64,000 nucleotides of DNA from a virus (IMGVR_UViG_3300037483_000425:1-64000); one strand, 5' to 3'. Shown: positions 28,501-37,950, numbered from the stretch's first letter. Made by a program: numbers and translations. The notes: generated by a model from the sequence alone, not told the origin.

Positions 28501-29416
28501 CGTCAACAGAATTTGGCAACGGATCATCATCCCACGATCCCGGCCTCAAGCGTCTATAAAGCTCTCTAGCTTTCCACTTGTCCATTCCTGGGTAGTGGCT
28601 ATCCGCCGTTACAATTAGTTTAATCCCAGTTTTTTTGGCAGCTTGAGTTATCAGATAGTTAACGGCATGCTGCGGAGCCAACTTGTTGAATTGAAGTTCT
28701 AAAAAGAAGTTTTCTTCACCGACAGCTTCGACAAAATTGTCGATAACATTTTCAAAACGAGGAAGAATAATGTGTTCTCTTTTCTTGACTTCATCAACGG
28801 TAACGTCTTCCCACTCCAGGTCTTCACATGCCATAAACATTTCGTAAGCCAATGGACCGCCCAAGCACGCTGTTGTTGCAATAAGGTTTCCTTTTGCTTT
28901 CTTTTGGAGTTCGTGATAATCAATTCTTGGGAAATAATATTGTCCCTTTGTATAGCCAAAGGACACGAGGCTAAAGAGGGATTCGAGCCCTTCATTGTTT
29001 TTTGGCAAAATGACAACATGATGTCGCCTTCTAAGAGGGTTTCGCCTTTTAGATCTTGTTGCATTCTCGTCTTCAACTGTTATTGTCTTTAAATCATCAT
29101 CATCTGATGTAATATTCTTTTTGTCTTTTTTTCGCTTTTCGTGCTCTTCTTTCTCTTTCTCCCAGTCTCCTAAATCTGGGTGTAGATAAAACTCAACGCC
29201 CGGAACATATTTGAAATCTCTTCCCTCTTTTTTTAGCTTCTCATATGCCTTATAAGCTTCAGCAAAAGAATTAGCATGACCATGCTCTGTGATGGCCATC
29301 CCATTCATTCCGTTGTTTAAAACAAACTCGAAATGCTCATGGGGTTTGCCGAGTCCATCATAATTGGACGCCCCAGTATGAGCATGTAATCCAAAGAATT
29401 TTTTTGGTTCTACCAT
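25547..29416 (-). CDS. dnaE: DNA polymerase III alpha subunit (family C), intein-containing
   Basis: PHP motifs HAHTG..DG and TEHGH; GRGSASASL, LPDIDSD, SRHAGG, KYDLLGL, SFNK|intein|SHAVSY; likely start MVEPKK. Confidence 0.95.
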   Translation of the reverse strand: MVEPKKFFGLHAHTGASNYDGLGKPHEHFEFVLNNGMNGMAITEHGHANSFAEAYKAYEKLKKEGRDFKYVPGVEFYLHPDLGDWEKEKEEHEKRKKDKKNITSDDDDLKTITVEDENATRSKRRNPLRRRHHVVILPKNNEGLESLFSLVSFGYTKGQYYFPRIDYHELQKKAKGNLIATTACLGGPLAYEMFMACEDLEWEDVTVDEVKKREHIILPRFENVIDNFVEAVGEENFFLELQFNKLAPQHAVNYLITQAAKKTGIKLIVTADSHYPGMDKWKARELYRRLRPGSWDDDPLPNSVDELKCELYPKNADQMWDEYLEHKPKYDFYEDDIVCEAIERSYDIAHDMIEDIEPDRKVKLPSYTVPEGLKPMQALAKMAKEGLEAKGLDNQLDYIVRLNEELQVIKEKDFAKYFLTMKAITDLAHKHMLVGFGRGSASASLLCYVLDITGIDPLKYDLLFSRFLSKDRSELPDIDSDFSDRDLLRKLLMKEFGDENVIAISNINSLSLKSLTKDLAKFYGIEFVEANNAIKNVDKEIIAGSKKDDLEKVSIDYDNAMKYSLRFREFIEKYPNVGEHILELTGEQKAISRHAGGIILSENIFERMPTILSKNVKQTPWTKDYLEPLGWVKYDLLGLETLKIIEQCIALILERHHNIKNPEFEDIKKWYDSNLHPNVIDLDDQHVYEHVYRAGNFAGIFQCSQRDTQRFFMEAKPRNIIDIAALTSVYRPGPMEAHVHRKYSKAKQDPSKIKYPHPLIKEVLEETYGYLVFQEQAMKLGNVVGGLPLDDCDTLRKVVSKKPEPGTPLYMKALELEKAFIEGALNNGISKSLAESLYENIKSFAKYSFNKCLWENTIVEVKGIGNTKIKDVNIGDFVNSINGWVQVKDRICNGKKKLVKITTESGKTLICTLDHKIQTKNGMVPLKAIINNGMSIVISDALYDKIQKVETIGHGETYDLEVDHPDHSFYANGISVSNSHAVSYAINSYLCAWLLTYYEPEWLCAYVETQLGNPDEKAKAISELKGFGYDIANIDINKATDHWTVVDNSKKFMPSFISCKGAGKTAVAEIESKRPYSSIYDFLWDDEGNFKHSKCNKRNVSALLKIGAFDSLNCVGDGKLFSNYAHMFRTIIDNWMLLKKRLKKDNWDTQCEKLDNLAAETDSSDWSIQEKLSIYKELMGEMDLDLILSKKAQNKLREKGYVSINEFPENAPAALVWFILEDYIVKKTQYGKPFLIMTVSGISGKQERVCLWDWTDDSNMDKLKGYLGYVNSNERGYSAKISEVMEIPT
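26483..26863 (-). mobile_element. Mini-intein (127 aa, no endonuclease) in DnaE
   Basis: CLWENT start, TLDHK block B, YDLEV block F, ends GISVSN followed by Ser. Confidence 0.9.
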
Positions 29417-29423
29417 AACTTTG

Positions 29424-29639
29424 TCAACAATATGGGTTGCTTGCGCCTGAATGCTTACCCATTTCAAAGGCATAAAGAAGCATTCTCACAATGTCGTCAT
29501 AAATGACTTCTTTTGGATACCCCTTTCCTTGTTCAAGAAGAGCATCTTCAAACATTTTGTTTAGTTTTTTATCTTCATCATGAAGCCATTCCTCGGCACA
29601 CCCGTAAACTTCAGCTTCTTCTATGTTTACATCATACAT
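29424..29639 (-). CDS. Small hypothetical protein
   Basis: Likely start MYDVNIEE. Confidence 0.6.
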   Translation of the reverse strand: MYDVNIEEAEVYGCAEEWLHDEDKKLNKMFEDALLEQGKGYPKEVIYDDIVRMLLYAFEMGKHSGASNPYC

Positions 29640-29640
29640 A

Positions 29641-29750
29641 AAATGGTGCTGGCCTCTCACCAGCCCGAGCTTATTATGGCGGCTTTGCCTCGTATTTCCT
29701 TCCGGTTTTGCGGGGACCGACTCGATACGTTGAACCCCTCTACCCCATAT
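29641..29750. ncRNA. Candidate structured intergenic RNA element
   Basis: GC-rich spacer with hairpins GCTGG/CCAGC, CGAG/CTCG, GGGG/CCCC; strand and family unresolved. Confidence 0.25.
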
Positions 29751-30306
29751 GGCTTTTCAGCCTATCAAGCTCTTCACGAAGTTTATCAATTTCTTTAGTT
29801 AAAGACACAACATAATTTACAATTGGTGGATTCATCTTCCTGTCTTCAAAAACAGTCAGATTAGACTCTCCAATATTAATTGTCAAGCTTTTTGTTGAAT
29901 TTCTCTTTTCAGAAACATTACCAAAAACTTCATTATTCTTAATGGGATTTTTATTTTTTAGTTCTTCAACCAAAAAAACAGCCACACGAAGACCAAGAGC
30001 TTTCGCCTCACTTATCATGTGGCCAGTTCCACGCGACTTACCGTCCCAAATTGCGATTAATGCATCAGCATGTTTTGCCATCACAACATTTCGTATAACG
30101 CCAGCTTTTTTCCCGTGCCGATCCCAATCTGCCGGATATTCCGCAACAGGGATATTATTTTGCATAGCCCAAAATGATCCCATAGAATCAACTCCTTTGG
30201 CCATGCCAGAAACAACTTCTGTTATATCCCAATCAATACGACTGATCGCCTCCCTTACAAGAGAATAGTCCGTAATGTTGCGACTTCCAGCAATAATGGT
30301 CTTCAT
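29740..30306 (-). CDS. SLOG-superfamily (YspA/DUF2493-like) nucleotide-binding protein
   Basis: IIAGSR, VVSGMAKGVD, AGVIRNVVM, IAIWDGKSRGT. Confidence 0.85.
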   Translation of the reverse strand: MKTIIAGSRNITDYSLVREAISRIDWDITEVVSGMAKGVDSMGSFWAMQNNIPVAEYPADWDRHGKKAGVIRNVVMAKHADALIAIWDGKSRGTGHMISEAKALGLRVAVFLVEELKNKNPIKNNEVFGNVSEKRNSTKSLTINIGESNLTVFEDRKMNPPIVNYVVSLTKEIDKLREELDRLKSHMG

Positions 30307-30578
30307 TGAACAAAACCTGTGTTTTTCTTTTGAGCTTCTTGCGCCATCGCTTCAGCTTCCGCAACCAATGTCTTGATTCTTGTTTCGTGCTCAACCATGT
30401 AATCTGAATCCAAATCAAGTTTAGGAAAATCAGATTTATCTTCTGTTTCGGTTAACCTCATCATTCTCATATGATCAACAATGTCAGAACCCGTGATCAT
30501 AGCAAGCTGAACCAATTGCGCAATATGTGCGATAACATTATCTGAAAGTTTGTATTGTGTTTTCATATTTTTCTCCAT
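30303..30578 (-). CDS. Hypothetical protein
   Basis: 91 aa; GGAG RBS. Confidence 0.7.
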   Translation of the reverse strand: MEKNMKTQYKLSDNVIAHIAQLVQLAMITGSDIVDHMRMMRLTETEDKSDFPKLDLDSDYMVEHETRIKTLVAEAEAMAQEAQKKNTGFVQ

Positions 30579-30708
30579 GAATATATTGTAATACCTAAAG
30601 CTTAAAAATTATAATTCTAATAAATAATCATTTCTACGATAATATCGTTGAGATTCATGCGATATCATATCAAAGAAAAAACTAGATTTATCACATTTTT
30701 CAAATTTA

Positions 30709-30880
30709 TCGACGGTGTGCGCGAACGCCGCACCTTGGGCGACAGGACGTCTGTGAGGCCTGAGCGCATTTATGGGCTTATATATGATCCTTAATGGGTT
30801 TCAAGGGGCTTTATATGATCCATTATTTTTACTGCTTGAACTCAGAGAAAGGCGCTGGATTCCGACCGCGCACGAGGCGA
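30709..30880 (+). ncRNA. Candidate rod-shaped structured RNA or DNA cruciform element
   Basis: Nested pairings GTGCGCG/CGCGCAC, CGTCT/AGGCG, CTGAG/CTCAG, ATGG/CCAT, TATATA/TATATG, TCCTT/AAGGG; G-U pairs favour + strand. Confidence 0.4.
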
Positions 30881-30889
30881 TCGTAGGGG

Positions 30890-32458
30890 TCACATATCAA
30901 GCGCTTCTTGCTCTTTTCTTCTTTCTTCTTTTTCTTCTTCTTTCAATTGCCAATAAGCTTTTTCCCATGCTTCTTGCATAGCCGGCATAGCTTTGTCAAT
31001 GTCTTGACAATAACGTAAAAAGCTCGCAAAATCATCAGGATGCCCTATCGAATTACCATCTGGTGTGATGTCGAATGAATATCCTGTTACCATTGCTCCT
31101 TCCTCAATCGTGCTTGCAATATAGAAATCCAAATCAACAACACCATTTGATGCTTGATTGACAATATCAAGAGCTTTCTCCAACTCTTTTCTTGTCATTT
31201 TAAAATATTCTTCATCATCTGGGTTTTCAAGAGATATGCCGCCCGTCCAACGAATAAAAGGTTCATCTTCTAATCCACCAACCTCCCAGTCAATCCAAAC
31301 ATTAGAAATGTCTTCAGCTAAAGTGTCATAATATTGTTGAGCTTCTTGCTCATATTGCTCTTCAATTGAAACAGCTTCTTCATTTTCATATTCAACATGA
31401 CCAGAATATGCTTTAGTTTCGAAGAAATTGTTCAAAAGCGAACCACCAGCCGTGTCTGAATATGTTCCTCCGCGAATCTTAATTTGACTTTGCGGAGGGA
31501 GTTCAACTTCTCCATTATCATCATAAAAATCAGATATTTGATTTTCACGCGACCATTCTAAAACTTTATCTTCAAAACCTCCTACGTCCAACCCATAAGT
31601 CCTTTCTTCTGGCACTGCCAAATCATATTCTTCATCACCATAATCAATAACGAAATTTCTTATTCTCAATCTTGAAATCGGCTTAATTCCTTCAATGCTT
31701 CGTTCTTTATCTTCAAAAATTTCAGGCTGATTTAAATCAATAGATTCAAAATCATTTTTGTTTACCATATACGCTATGGCTCCACCATTTTGGGCTTCTT
31801 GAATTGCGCATTTCCAATATGATCCTCCTTTAGAATGGCAAGATTTCAAATTCTTGTAATCGCTCATTCTAAGAAGATCAATTGGTGCCCTAGAAATAAT
31901 GATCGCATATCCACTTCCTTCACGAGAATAATCGTCATACAAGTCTTGGATTGTATATAAGACCATCATTGTTCTGGCAATTTCGTCAGTTATTACCTCA
32001 TATATTCCTTCTCCGGTTCTTCTTCTCCACCATCTTCTTCTTTCTTTATTATAGAGAAAGAATGGGGCATGTCTTCTACCGTGCATTTCTATTGCCTCAA
32101 CAACAGCGGCCTCTTGTTCGGGAGATAACATGCTCTTGAATTTTTTACTCAATTCTCTTTCTATTTTGGCCAGAACTTTCCCCAGTCTTCCAACAGTTTT
32201 TTGTGGGCCTTTGCGTGTTTCAACTACTTTGTATGCTTTTTTATTATCAATATCGACTTCATATCCATAATCGTCTTCTAAAATATCTTTAATATCTTTC
32301 ATTGTATCTGAAACGAAAGGAAGAGCTACTCTCAAATTTCCTTTGAATAACTCTTCAAATGGCAAATCACCCCTTTCAGACAATGCATTCTGAACGGTTC
32401 TCATGTCCAATTCCAAAAGAAAGCCTTTCAAAAATTCTCGTAGCAATCTCACATTCAT
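30890..32458 (-). CDS. Large hypothetical protein with leader motif (putative packaged protein)
   Basis: MNVRLLREFLKGFLLE; TATTTAT overlaps the start codon. Confidence 0.75.
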   Translation of the reverse strand: MNVRLLREFLKGFLLELDMRTVQNALSERGDLPFEELFKGNLRVALPFVSDTMKDIKDILEDDYGYEVDIDNKKAYKVVETRKGPQKTVGRLGKVLAKIERELSKKFKSMLSPEQEAAVVEAIEMHGRRHAPFFLYNKERRRWWRRRTGEGIYEVITDEIARTMMVLYTIQDLYDDYSREGSGYAIIISRAPIDLLRMSDYKNLKSCHSKGGSYWKCAIQEAQNGGAIAYMVNKNDFESIDLNQPEIFEDKERSIEGIKPISRLRIRNFVIDYGDEEYDLAVPEERTYGLDVGGFEDKVLEWSRENQISDFYDDNGEVELPPQSQIKIRGGTYSDTAGGSLLNNFFETKAYSGHVEYENEEAVSIEEQYEQEAQQYYDTLAEDISNVWIDWEVGGLEDEPFIRWTGGISLENPDDEEYFKMTRKELEKALDIVNQASNGVVDLDFYIASTIEEGAMVTGYSFDITPDGNSIGHPDDFASFLRYCQDIDKAMPAMQEAWEKAYWQLKEEEKEERRKEQEALDM

Positions 32459-32521
32459 AAATACGTCACAAAAAATTCTAAATTTTTAGAAAATTTATAT
32501 TGATATAAGGTATACTGAGAT

Positions 32522-32719
32522 ATGACAATCAAAAGTTCATCAAAAGAAGATCTGATTGGGGCTTGCGGCGAAGCTATTAAGGCCATGAAACACATCAGAA
32601 ATGAATTAAGAGAAATTGGATTAGATCATTATGCTGAAGTTTTACAGCGTGCAGAAACGAAATTGTGCAATAATTCGCTATATTTCTTCGATGATACCGA
32701 ACCAATGACAATTATGTAA
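32522..32719 (+). CDS. Small hypothetical protein
   Basis: 65 aa; TATACT -10-like element upstream. Confidence 0.55.
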   Translation: MTIKSSSKEDLIGACGEAIKAMKHIRNELREIGLDHYAEVLQRAETKLCNNSLYFFDDTEPMTIM

Positions 32720-32918
32720 ACAAATAACCTGAGCCGCTACAAACTAAGCACTCAGAAACAGAATAAAAAAGAGCCACGTTGCCACGACCTAAGCAGTCTG
32801 GACATTCAACTGGCTCTTTTTCTTCTTTAAAATAATCGTACTCAAAAGCGTCAAAGTCACCTATTTCATATATGTTATGGAATATGGCGCCTTGGCGCTT
32901 TTTCTTGTTGCGGCTCAT
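32712..32918 (-). CDS. Small DnaJ-type zinc-finger protein
   Basis: CPDCLGRG and CLVCSGSG (CxxCxGxG repeats). Confidence 0.65.
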   Translation of the reverse strand: MSRNKKKRQGAIFHNIYEIGDFDAFEYDYFKEEKEPVECPDCLGRGNVALFYSVSECLVCSGSGYLFT

Positions 32919-32945
32919 ATTACTAATATATCACATAGCCGTACT

Positions 32946-35018
32946 TTAAAGCTCACACATATCTCCATCACAAAATTTGGAACCAGATATTTTTGTTTCT
33001 TTAGATTCTGAAAAGTCAATCGCTTTCAAAGAGTTAGTATATTCTTCATATTCTTCTTTTGAACATTCTTGATACGGCGCTTGAGAATAAGAATGGTTCG
33101 ATAATGGCAAAAAGCTTAATGTTTTTACATAAGGAGCGCAAAACTCTATAACACGACCTAAGTCCTTGTTTTCCTCTTCTTTAAATGTGATCGTGCAAGA
33201 CACAGAATTGTCCGACCAATAGTATTGCATTTCTCTAACTGTTAGTGCTTGCTCCCAAATTGATGTATTAAATTTGCTTTTTGTGAAATTCTCTTCTTTT
33301 ACTGGGAAATAGATAACTACCGTTCCACCTTTCTCGGCAAACATTTTAAGAACATCGGAATCTCTAATGAGCATATCTTTAGGAATTTTTAAATTTTGCT
33401 CCTTTTCGATTTCTTGTAATATGGATTCATCTGTCATAGAAAACTCCATACGATATCTCGATTTATAAAGACTCATTACTAGCGGAGAAGAAGCACTACA
33501 CCTAACTGTTCTCCAGTAATATTCACTATGCGTAAAATGAACACCAGGCGTAGCTCCAGCCAAAATAGAAACCGTTCCACTTGGCTTAACTGTTGTCATT
33601 CTTACAGATCTTGGTATTCCCAACCATCGTGAATAAACTCTGTCCCAACTTTTAATGCTAGAGTATCCTGTGTCACAAAAGTCTTTCATAAAAGAATTGT
33701 GTCCGTATAATTTTATAGCCTGTTGAATTCCAGACATTGAACATCCGATTCTTCTATTCCGCATCATAACTGCATTTGTTCTTTCGTCATGCGTTGGAAT
33801 AAGGGTAACTGTTTTAGCATACAAATAAGCAAACTTAAGGGTTTCTAAAAAGTCCTCAGAAGATTTGTGATTGGCCGGGAAAGTCTCTACCAAACAACAC
33901 AATTCATAGTCTTCCAATTGCTGCTCTGCGCAAGGGTTAAATCCAGACACATTATCGTATCTTTCTGATTCAAATGGAATCCAACCATCTTTCATGCGGC
34001 CATGATGTCTAGCATTGTCAATAAAAATAAGACCTGGTTCTCCATTAAATGCAATATTATCTGTCACTTTTGAAAAATCAGATGAAAGATTTGCAAAAAC
34101 CGAATTGTTGCTCGCCCATCTTCTATCTAGCAATTCTTTCGAACAAAGAGAAGGGCTTTTCATTTTTACATAATCAACATCATCGATTTCTCCAATCGCT
34201 AATTCTGCACTTCTTCTTACATTGCCAGCAACAACACATTTTCCAATATAATTCATTATATCAACAATTGTAACTGAATCTATCGGATCTCCAATAAGAT
34301 TATCTAACATTTTTCGTATATTAGAATGTAAATCTATTAAAGGTTGTGGCCCACTAGATTTGCCTCCAAATCCACGAATCAATGCCCCATATGGGCGAAT
34401 TTGATCGTAATTGAATTCAACATAATTTCCATTTTGATATGAGTTAAGAAGCAACTTAACTGACTCAACCCATCCTTCTCGTGAATCTGGTATTTCATAG
34501 ATAATTTTTGAATTTTTAGGTTGTTTTATAATGATAGCCCCATTTCCTTTGGCGTCGAATCCGACACCAACGCCAAGCATTAGCATGTCCATAGCCCAAG
34601 CAAATGGAGAAGCAAATTCAACATTTATATTTTTGGTACTTACATAACCACAATTATTGAGGGCAGCACTTCCGATTTTGTCCACCAACTTTGTGCCCAT
34701 AATCCATAATCCCCTTCCTGGTGGCAAAAACTTAAATTCCCACATACGAGTGAAGAATTCTTGTGCCGTCTTTTGAGCCTTATGTGCATTCCATGGCAAT
34801 CCATTTGTTTTGCAATGATTTTCCTGAACAGAAAATGTCCCTTCAGTTACCCGCTTTAATGTGTCAAAAAATTCTTCCTGAACACCCTCTTCTGTCATGC
34901 GAGAATATGTTCTTTTGTACGTAAAATAAGATAGGGTTCCATAACCCCATTCAGGTTGTTTTTCTCTGTATTTCTCTAAAAATCTATCAGAAAGTTTAAA
35001 TGCCATTATTGTGCTCAC
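32946..35018 (-). CDS. nrdJ: Class II (adenosylcobalamin-dependent) ribonucleoside-triphosphate reductase, monomeric type
   Basis: PPGRGLW, ALNNC, VVAGNVRRSA, FNPCAEQ, TTVKPSGT, C-terminal CDGDMCEL. Confidence 0.93.
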   Translation of the reverse strand: MSTIMAFKLSDRFLEKYREKQPEWGYGTLSYFTYKRTYSRMTEEGVQEEFFDTLKRVTEGTFSVQENHCKTNGLPWNAHKAQKTAQEFFTRMWEFKFLPPGRGLWIMGTKLVDKIGSAALNNCGYVSTKNINVEFASPFAWAMDMLMLGVGVGFDAKGNGAIIIKQPKNSKIIYEIPDSREGWVESVKLLLNSYQNGNYVEFNYDQIRPYGALIRGFGGKSSGPQPLIDLHSNIRKMLDNLIGDPIDSVTIVDIMNYIGKCVVAGNVRRSAELAIGEIDDVDYVKMKSPSLCSKELLDRRWASNNSVFANLSSDFSKVTDNIAFNGEPGLIFIDNARHHGRMKDGWIPFESERYDNVSGFNPCAEQQLEDYELCCLVETFPANHKSSEDFLETLKFAYLYAKTVTLIPTHDERTNAVMMRNRRIGCSMSGIQQAIKLYGHNSFMKDFCDTGYSSIKSWDRVYSRWLGIPRSVRMTTVKPSGTVSILAGATPGVHFTHSEYYWRTVRCSASSPLVMSLYKSRYRMEFSMTDESILQEIEKEQNLKIPKDMLIRDSDVLKMFAEKGGTVVIYFPVKEENFTKSKFNTSIWEQALTVREMQYYWSDNSVSCTITFKEEENKDLGRVIEFCAPYVKTLSFLPLSNHSYSQAPYQECSKEEYEEYTNSLKAIDFSESKETKISGSKFCDGDMCEL

Positions 35019-35132
35019 TCAGTTCATAATATAAGAATTCGCCTTACTATCCCTATTTCTAATAAGGATGTACGTACCATCATCTCTTCGTATTAAATGT
35101 CGAATTTTTAATTACTGTTCAAAATCTCCAAC

Positions 35133-36563
35133 TCAAAAATCTTTTTTGTCTGCCTTCAATTTTTCTTTAAGGCGTCGCTTAAAATCATTATTTTTGTCTT
35201 CTTCAGATTTGGAAAGCTCTGCGTATTCTTCTTGAGAGATTACAGAAAACCGAGATGTTCTCTTGTCCACCTTCATGGGCAGAATGTCCCCATCACGGCC
35301 GTTACGATTCTTTGCATTGAATCCCATCAAGATTCCCTTGATCTTGTCCTGCGGCTTACAAGCTCCTGTAAAAATAAAATCTGGGACGTCCATCTTTCGA
35401 AAGGATTCGCTCATGTTCTCGCCCGTCATTAACTCAGCAGAACTTCCCTCTTTATTGCTCTGAGAAGCTGACCAAACAGCAAATTTGGGAGTCGTTTCAC
35501 GTCCCAAGTTTCTCAAGTCACGATAAATCGCCTTGAACTCGTGACGACTTGCCGTTTCAAACTTTTTAATGGAACACATTTCATCAGCATAATCAACAAT
35601 AACCAAGTCTGGCCAGAAATTCTTTTTCATCATTAATTTCTGAATGTGTCCACGGATTGTTGTGGTCGTGACTTGGCTTGAAGGATATTCTTTAATGATC
35701 AGCCGACCCAGATTATTCCCATTTTCTTCATACCAACGATTAATCCTCTCTCTGTTTTCTGGGATTTCTCTATTGTTTACGCCGGTAAACCATCCGTCAT
35801 ACCTGCGGCCAACTTCTTCTTCTCCCATTTCTAATGTATAATGAAGAACGTTGTATCCCTTTTTAACAGCATATGCTCCCATTGCGACAAGCCAATGAGA
35901 TTTCCCAACAGATGGCGCCCCAACAAAGATTCCAAGCTCACCACGTCCCAATCCCCCATCCAAAACCTCTTTCTGATCGATCTCAGGGATTCCTGTAGGG
36001 ATTGGATCACGCATTGATGTGCTAAATCTGGCCTCTCTATCTTCTTCAAAATCATGCCCAACCGAAACTTCATCTCCGGCCGTAAGCGCATGCTTCATAA
36101 CTTCTAAAACTTCAGGATATCGATCTTCAATAATAAGCTCTGTGCTATGATACAAAGCCTCTTTCATAGCTTGCTTTTTGCAGAAATCTAATGCTTTTTC
36201 TTTGACATAGGGAAGGTCCCGAAGATCAGGCTCTTCCTTCGTCTTCTTCAAAAGCGGAACAATCCTTCTTAATATAATCTTGTCAGAATCCGTTCCATTA
36301 TCTAATGCATCTTTTAGAATTCCTGCCAAAATTGCAATTGTAGGGAAGGTTCTATACTGATGATAGTAATCATAATATCTCTTAACCAGGTATTGAAAAT
36401 GCTCAAGCTCAAAGTATTCAACCTTGATAATCTCGACCATTTGCTCAGCCCAAGAAAAATCAATCAACAATGCTTGAATTACTCTTTCTTGAAAGTCTTC
36501 TCCGTATCCAGAGAAAGTAGGATTATCCATCGAGCTATCGCCCGAAGCCAGTTTATTTGTCAT
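35133..36563 (-). CDS. dnaB: Replicative DNA helicase (DnaB/gp41-like)
   Basis: Walker A GAPSVGKS, YTLEM, VIVDYAD, SASQSNK, KNRNG. Confidence 0.9.
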   Translation of the reverse strand: MTNKLASGDSSMDNPTFSGYGEDFQERVIQALLIDFSWAEQMVEIIKVEYFELEHFQYLVKRYYDYYHQYRTFPTIAILAGILKDALDNGTDSDKIILRRIVPLLKKTKEEPDLRDLPYVKEKALDFCKKQAMKEALYHSTELIIEDRYPEVLEVMKHALTAGDEVSVGHDFEEDREARFSTSMRDPIPTGIPEIDQKEVLDGGLGRGELGIFVGAPSVGKSHWLVAMGAYAVKKGYNVLHYTLEMGEEEVGRRYDGWFTGVNNREIPENRERINRWYEENGNNLGRLIIKEYPSSQVTTTTIRGHIQKLMMKKNFWPDLVIVDYADEMCSIKKFETASRHEFKAIYRDLRNLGRETTPKFAVWSASQSNKEGSSAELMTGENMSESFRKMDVPDFIFTGACKPQDKIKGILMGFNAKNRNGRDGDILPMKVDKRTSRFSVISQEEYAELSKSEEDKNNDFKRRLKEKLKADKKDF

Positions 36564-36575
36564 ATTGTCTCCTTA

Positions 36576-37532
36576 TTAGGTACTGTAAATAAGGAAATGA
36601 AAAGCATTGCAGATTTGATCTGGTTCAAGGCCATCAAGTTCAAGATCTAAATACGATCTCAAAAACTTAATCTTGTTCCACTGCGGCGTGTACTCATCTA
36701 CAATTTTGTTGATCTCTTGAATCTGTCCATACGACAAAAGATTATTATCCAATGTCATTAGTTTCATATTCCTTCGAACAATCTCTTCATTCTCCACAAT
36801 ATTTGTATACATAGCGAGAGGTTTTTTATCCTCAGAAGCATGCTTCTTGCTCTCATTAATGACATCATCAATCGTTATATCATTATCTTTAAAATCAAAT
36901 CTCTTTGCCAATGTCTTAAACCCAACACGAGGAACACCAGGAATGTTGTCAGAGTTATCTCCATTTAGAGCCTTGGCAACACAAAAATTCTTCGGAGCGA
37001 TGTTGTATTCACTAATAACATCCTCCATATTCATAAATGTCTTCTTCCCAGGGCGATAAATCTTTGTCTTTTCATCTAATAATTGATAAAAATCTTTATC
37101 AGATGAAACAATGATCTTATCTAAGTCTTTAAACTTTGTTGTGCAAAGATATCCAATAACATCATCCGCCTCACAATTCTCCACATAAATTTGAGTTACC
37201 GGCAAAGCCTGGAGCAATTGAATTATGCATCTCTTTTGATAATCCTCATTCTCTGGCGTATCAGGAATCGCATCTCCATAAAATCGATTTGTTCGCAATG
37301 GCTTTCGCCTCTGTTTGTACTCAGGAAAAAGTTTAAGACGTTTTGGGGAACCACCGCCTTCCCATATGACAAACACTTTTGTTGGGCTTAGACGTTTGCT
37401 GAGAGCCGCCAGAGCCTTCATAAACCCAACCGTGCCGCCAACAAGCTCTCCATTCCGATCATGTTGAGGATTCGCCATAAAATGACGAATAAAGTTGTTC
37501 ATTGCATCAATTAATAATATCGGACGAGACAT
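36576..37532 (-). CDS. 5'-3' exonuclease / flap endonuclease (Pol I N-terminal, T4 RNase H-like)
   Basis: LLIDAMN, EADDVIG, SSDKDFYQL, GDNSDNIPGVPRVGFKT. Confidence 0.92.
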   Translation of the reverse strand: MSRPILLIDAMNNFIRHFMANPQHDRNGELVGGTVGFMKALAALSKRLSPTKVFVIWEGGGSPKRLKLFPEYKQRRKPLRTNRFYGDAIPDTPENEDYQKRCIIQLLQALPVTQIYVENCEADDVIGYLCTTKFKDLDKIIVSSDKDFYQLLDEKTKIYRPGKKTFMNMEDVISEYNIAPKNFCVAKALNGDNSDNIPGVPRVGFKTLAKRFDFKDNDITIDDVINESKKHASEDKKPLAMYTNIVENEEIVRRNMKLMTLDNNLLSYGQIQEINKIVDEYTPQWNKIKFLRSYLDLELDGLEPDQICNAFHFLIYST

Positions 37533-37533
37533 A

Positions 37534-37950
37534 TTATTTTAAATCCTCTAATTCATCCATAAGAGCCTGAATCTGATTCTCTATTCCTTTTTTCTTGTTT
37601 TTTCTATCTTTTTTCTTGTTTTTTCTATCTTCCTTATTAAATTCCTCAAGCTCCTTCTCGAATTCTCCAAGTTTTTCTTTGAATTCTTTCATTCTTATTT
37701 CATGTTTTTTTAGTTTTTCTTTATATCTTGGATCGTGAACTTTGTAATGTCGCTCAAGTGTTGTCTCAACATATCCATAATCAACATCAACACATAAAAA
37801 AAGCTCTTCAACTGGATATTGAGAATATTTTTCGATTATGCCACTTATTGATGTTTTCCTGTCTTCTACATATTCCAATATAGCTCCCTCATCCATCATT
37901 TCTTTTGGTTTTGTTGGTCTTCTTGGTGGTCTTGGTGGAGTCTTTCTCAT
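37534..37950 (-). CDS. Hypothetical coiled-coil protein
   Basis: 138 aa, basic C-terminus with KKDRKNKKK repeat. Confidence 0.6.
   Translation of the reverse strand: MRKTPPRPPRRPTKPKEMMDEGAILEYVEDRKTSISGIIEKYSQYPVEELFLCVDVDYGYVETTLERHYKVHDPRYKEKLKKHEIRMKEFKEKLGEFEKELEEFNKEDRKNKKKDRKNKKKGIENQIQALMDELEDLK

Noticed and set aside
29641-29750. tRNA or tmRNA call (GGGG...GGTTCAAC start, ACCA end)
   Set aside because: The 5' and 3' ends do not form an acceptor stem, there is no cloverleaf, and the 5' GGGGTAG is the end of the upstream CDS.
30720-30880. Group II intron (GTGCG start on minus strand)
   Set aside because: Far too short, no domain V, and no interrupted gene.
30772-30981. + strand 69-aa ORF across the rod element
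   Set aside because: No RBS, overlaps the end of the 522-aa gene antisense, and has low-complexity shadow composition.
35019-35132. Possible small ORF between nrdJ and dnaB
   Set aside because: The longest open frame has no start codon after the preceding stop.
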